Made by a program: the position numbers and the translations under genes. A stretch of 64,000 nucleotides of DNA from contig JBHJMP010000834.1 of NCBI GenBank assembly GCA_043381765.1, forward strand, positions 1-64,000, in the 5' to 3' direction. Positions 63,445-64,000 of this stretch are shown piece after piece. Below the pieces are notes generated by a model. The model was given only the letters and a program-made list of their open reading frames with translations, searched no databases and had not been told where the DNA came from. The DNA is from Collodictyon triciliatum (Eukaryota). The number at the start of each line of letters is the position of its first letter. Position 1 is the stretch's first letter.

Positions 63445-63705
63445 ATGAAAAACAAAGGTGCGTACGGGTTTCATGCGCACAATGGGGCTAAAGCCCGTGC
63501 GCATAAAAACAAGAAATTATATATTAGCAAACTTGGCAGTTGTTGCCGATTATATGGGTTATCTTTCGCTTCACTCATATCAAAATTAAAAGAAGAAAAT
63601 ATAAAATTAAATCGAGAAATCTTGCCATTATTAGCCATTTATGAACCAATGTCGCTTAAGGCAGTCATTAATAGGTCGCAGCATCAGTCACCCTCAAAAG
63701 AATGA
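63445..63705 (+). CDS. rpl20: ribosomal protein L20 (N-terminally short)
   Basis: KLYISKL..CRLYGLSF..LI..LK..NIKLNREIL..LAIYEP. Confidence 0.85.
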   Translation: MKNKGAYGFHAHNGAKARAHKNKKLYISKLGSCCRLYGLSFASLISKLKEENIKLNREILPLLAIYEPMSLKAVINRSQHQSPSKE

Positions 63706-63833
63706 ACAAGCCAGTCGCTAGCTTCGACAGCTTGGTCAAAGTGACCGCGTTTATCTTTGCTCTCCCTTCCCTTTCGCTTCTCTCGACCAAACAAGGTGGC
63801 CTATCAAGTCAAACAAAACAAAGAACAAAAGTT

Positions 63834-64000
63834 ATGCTCAAAAAAAATTATCGCGACCAAAAACGAAGGTCACTCTTTGGAAAGCATGAATCTCTTAGAA
63901 TAGTTTTAAAAAGTATTATTTATAATCAAGAATTGCCAGAAGAAATTAGATTTAAAGCTCAATTAGAATTAGCATCATTACCTAAAGATTCTTCTAAAGT
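63834..64000 (+). CDS. rps14: ribosomal protein S14, 5' part (runs off window)
   Basis: MLKKNYRDQKRR....HE..R..LKSI...RFKAQLELASLPKDSS. Confidence 0.92.
   Translation, partial: MLKKNYRDQKRRSLFGKHESLRIVLKSIIYNQELPEEIRFKAQLELASLPKDSSK

Overview
A 64-kb segment of a very gene-rich, repeat-inflated protist mitochondrial genome using the standard genetic code (TGA is a stop). It holds respiratory and ATP synthase genes (nad1-6, nad9, nad10, sdh2-4, cob, cox1-3, atp4/6/8/9), cox11, System I cytochrome c maturation genes (ccmB, split ccmF) and tatC. It also holds many ribosomal protein genes (including probable rpl23, rpl35, rpl10, rpl6), rnl, rns, rrn5, rnpB and 18 tRNAs. There are three cis group I introns (cox1, nad5, cob) and six group II introns (nad3, cox2, cox1 x2, cox11, ccmFN), with only one maturase ORF in the window. 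nad3, cox2 and cox1 are scattered in pieces and need trans-splicing. The standout feature is the cox2 intron, which is broken inside domain VI: its branch helix must form between two RNAs from opposite strands 21 kb apart, reminiscent of U2/branch-site pairing. A trans-spliced cox1 intron lacks domain VI entirely, and several introns have 5'-terminal extra nucleotides. All structures were read by eye and need RNA validation.
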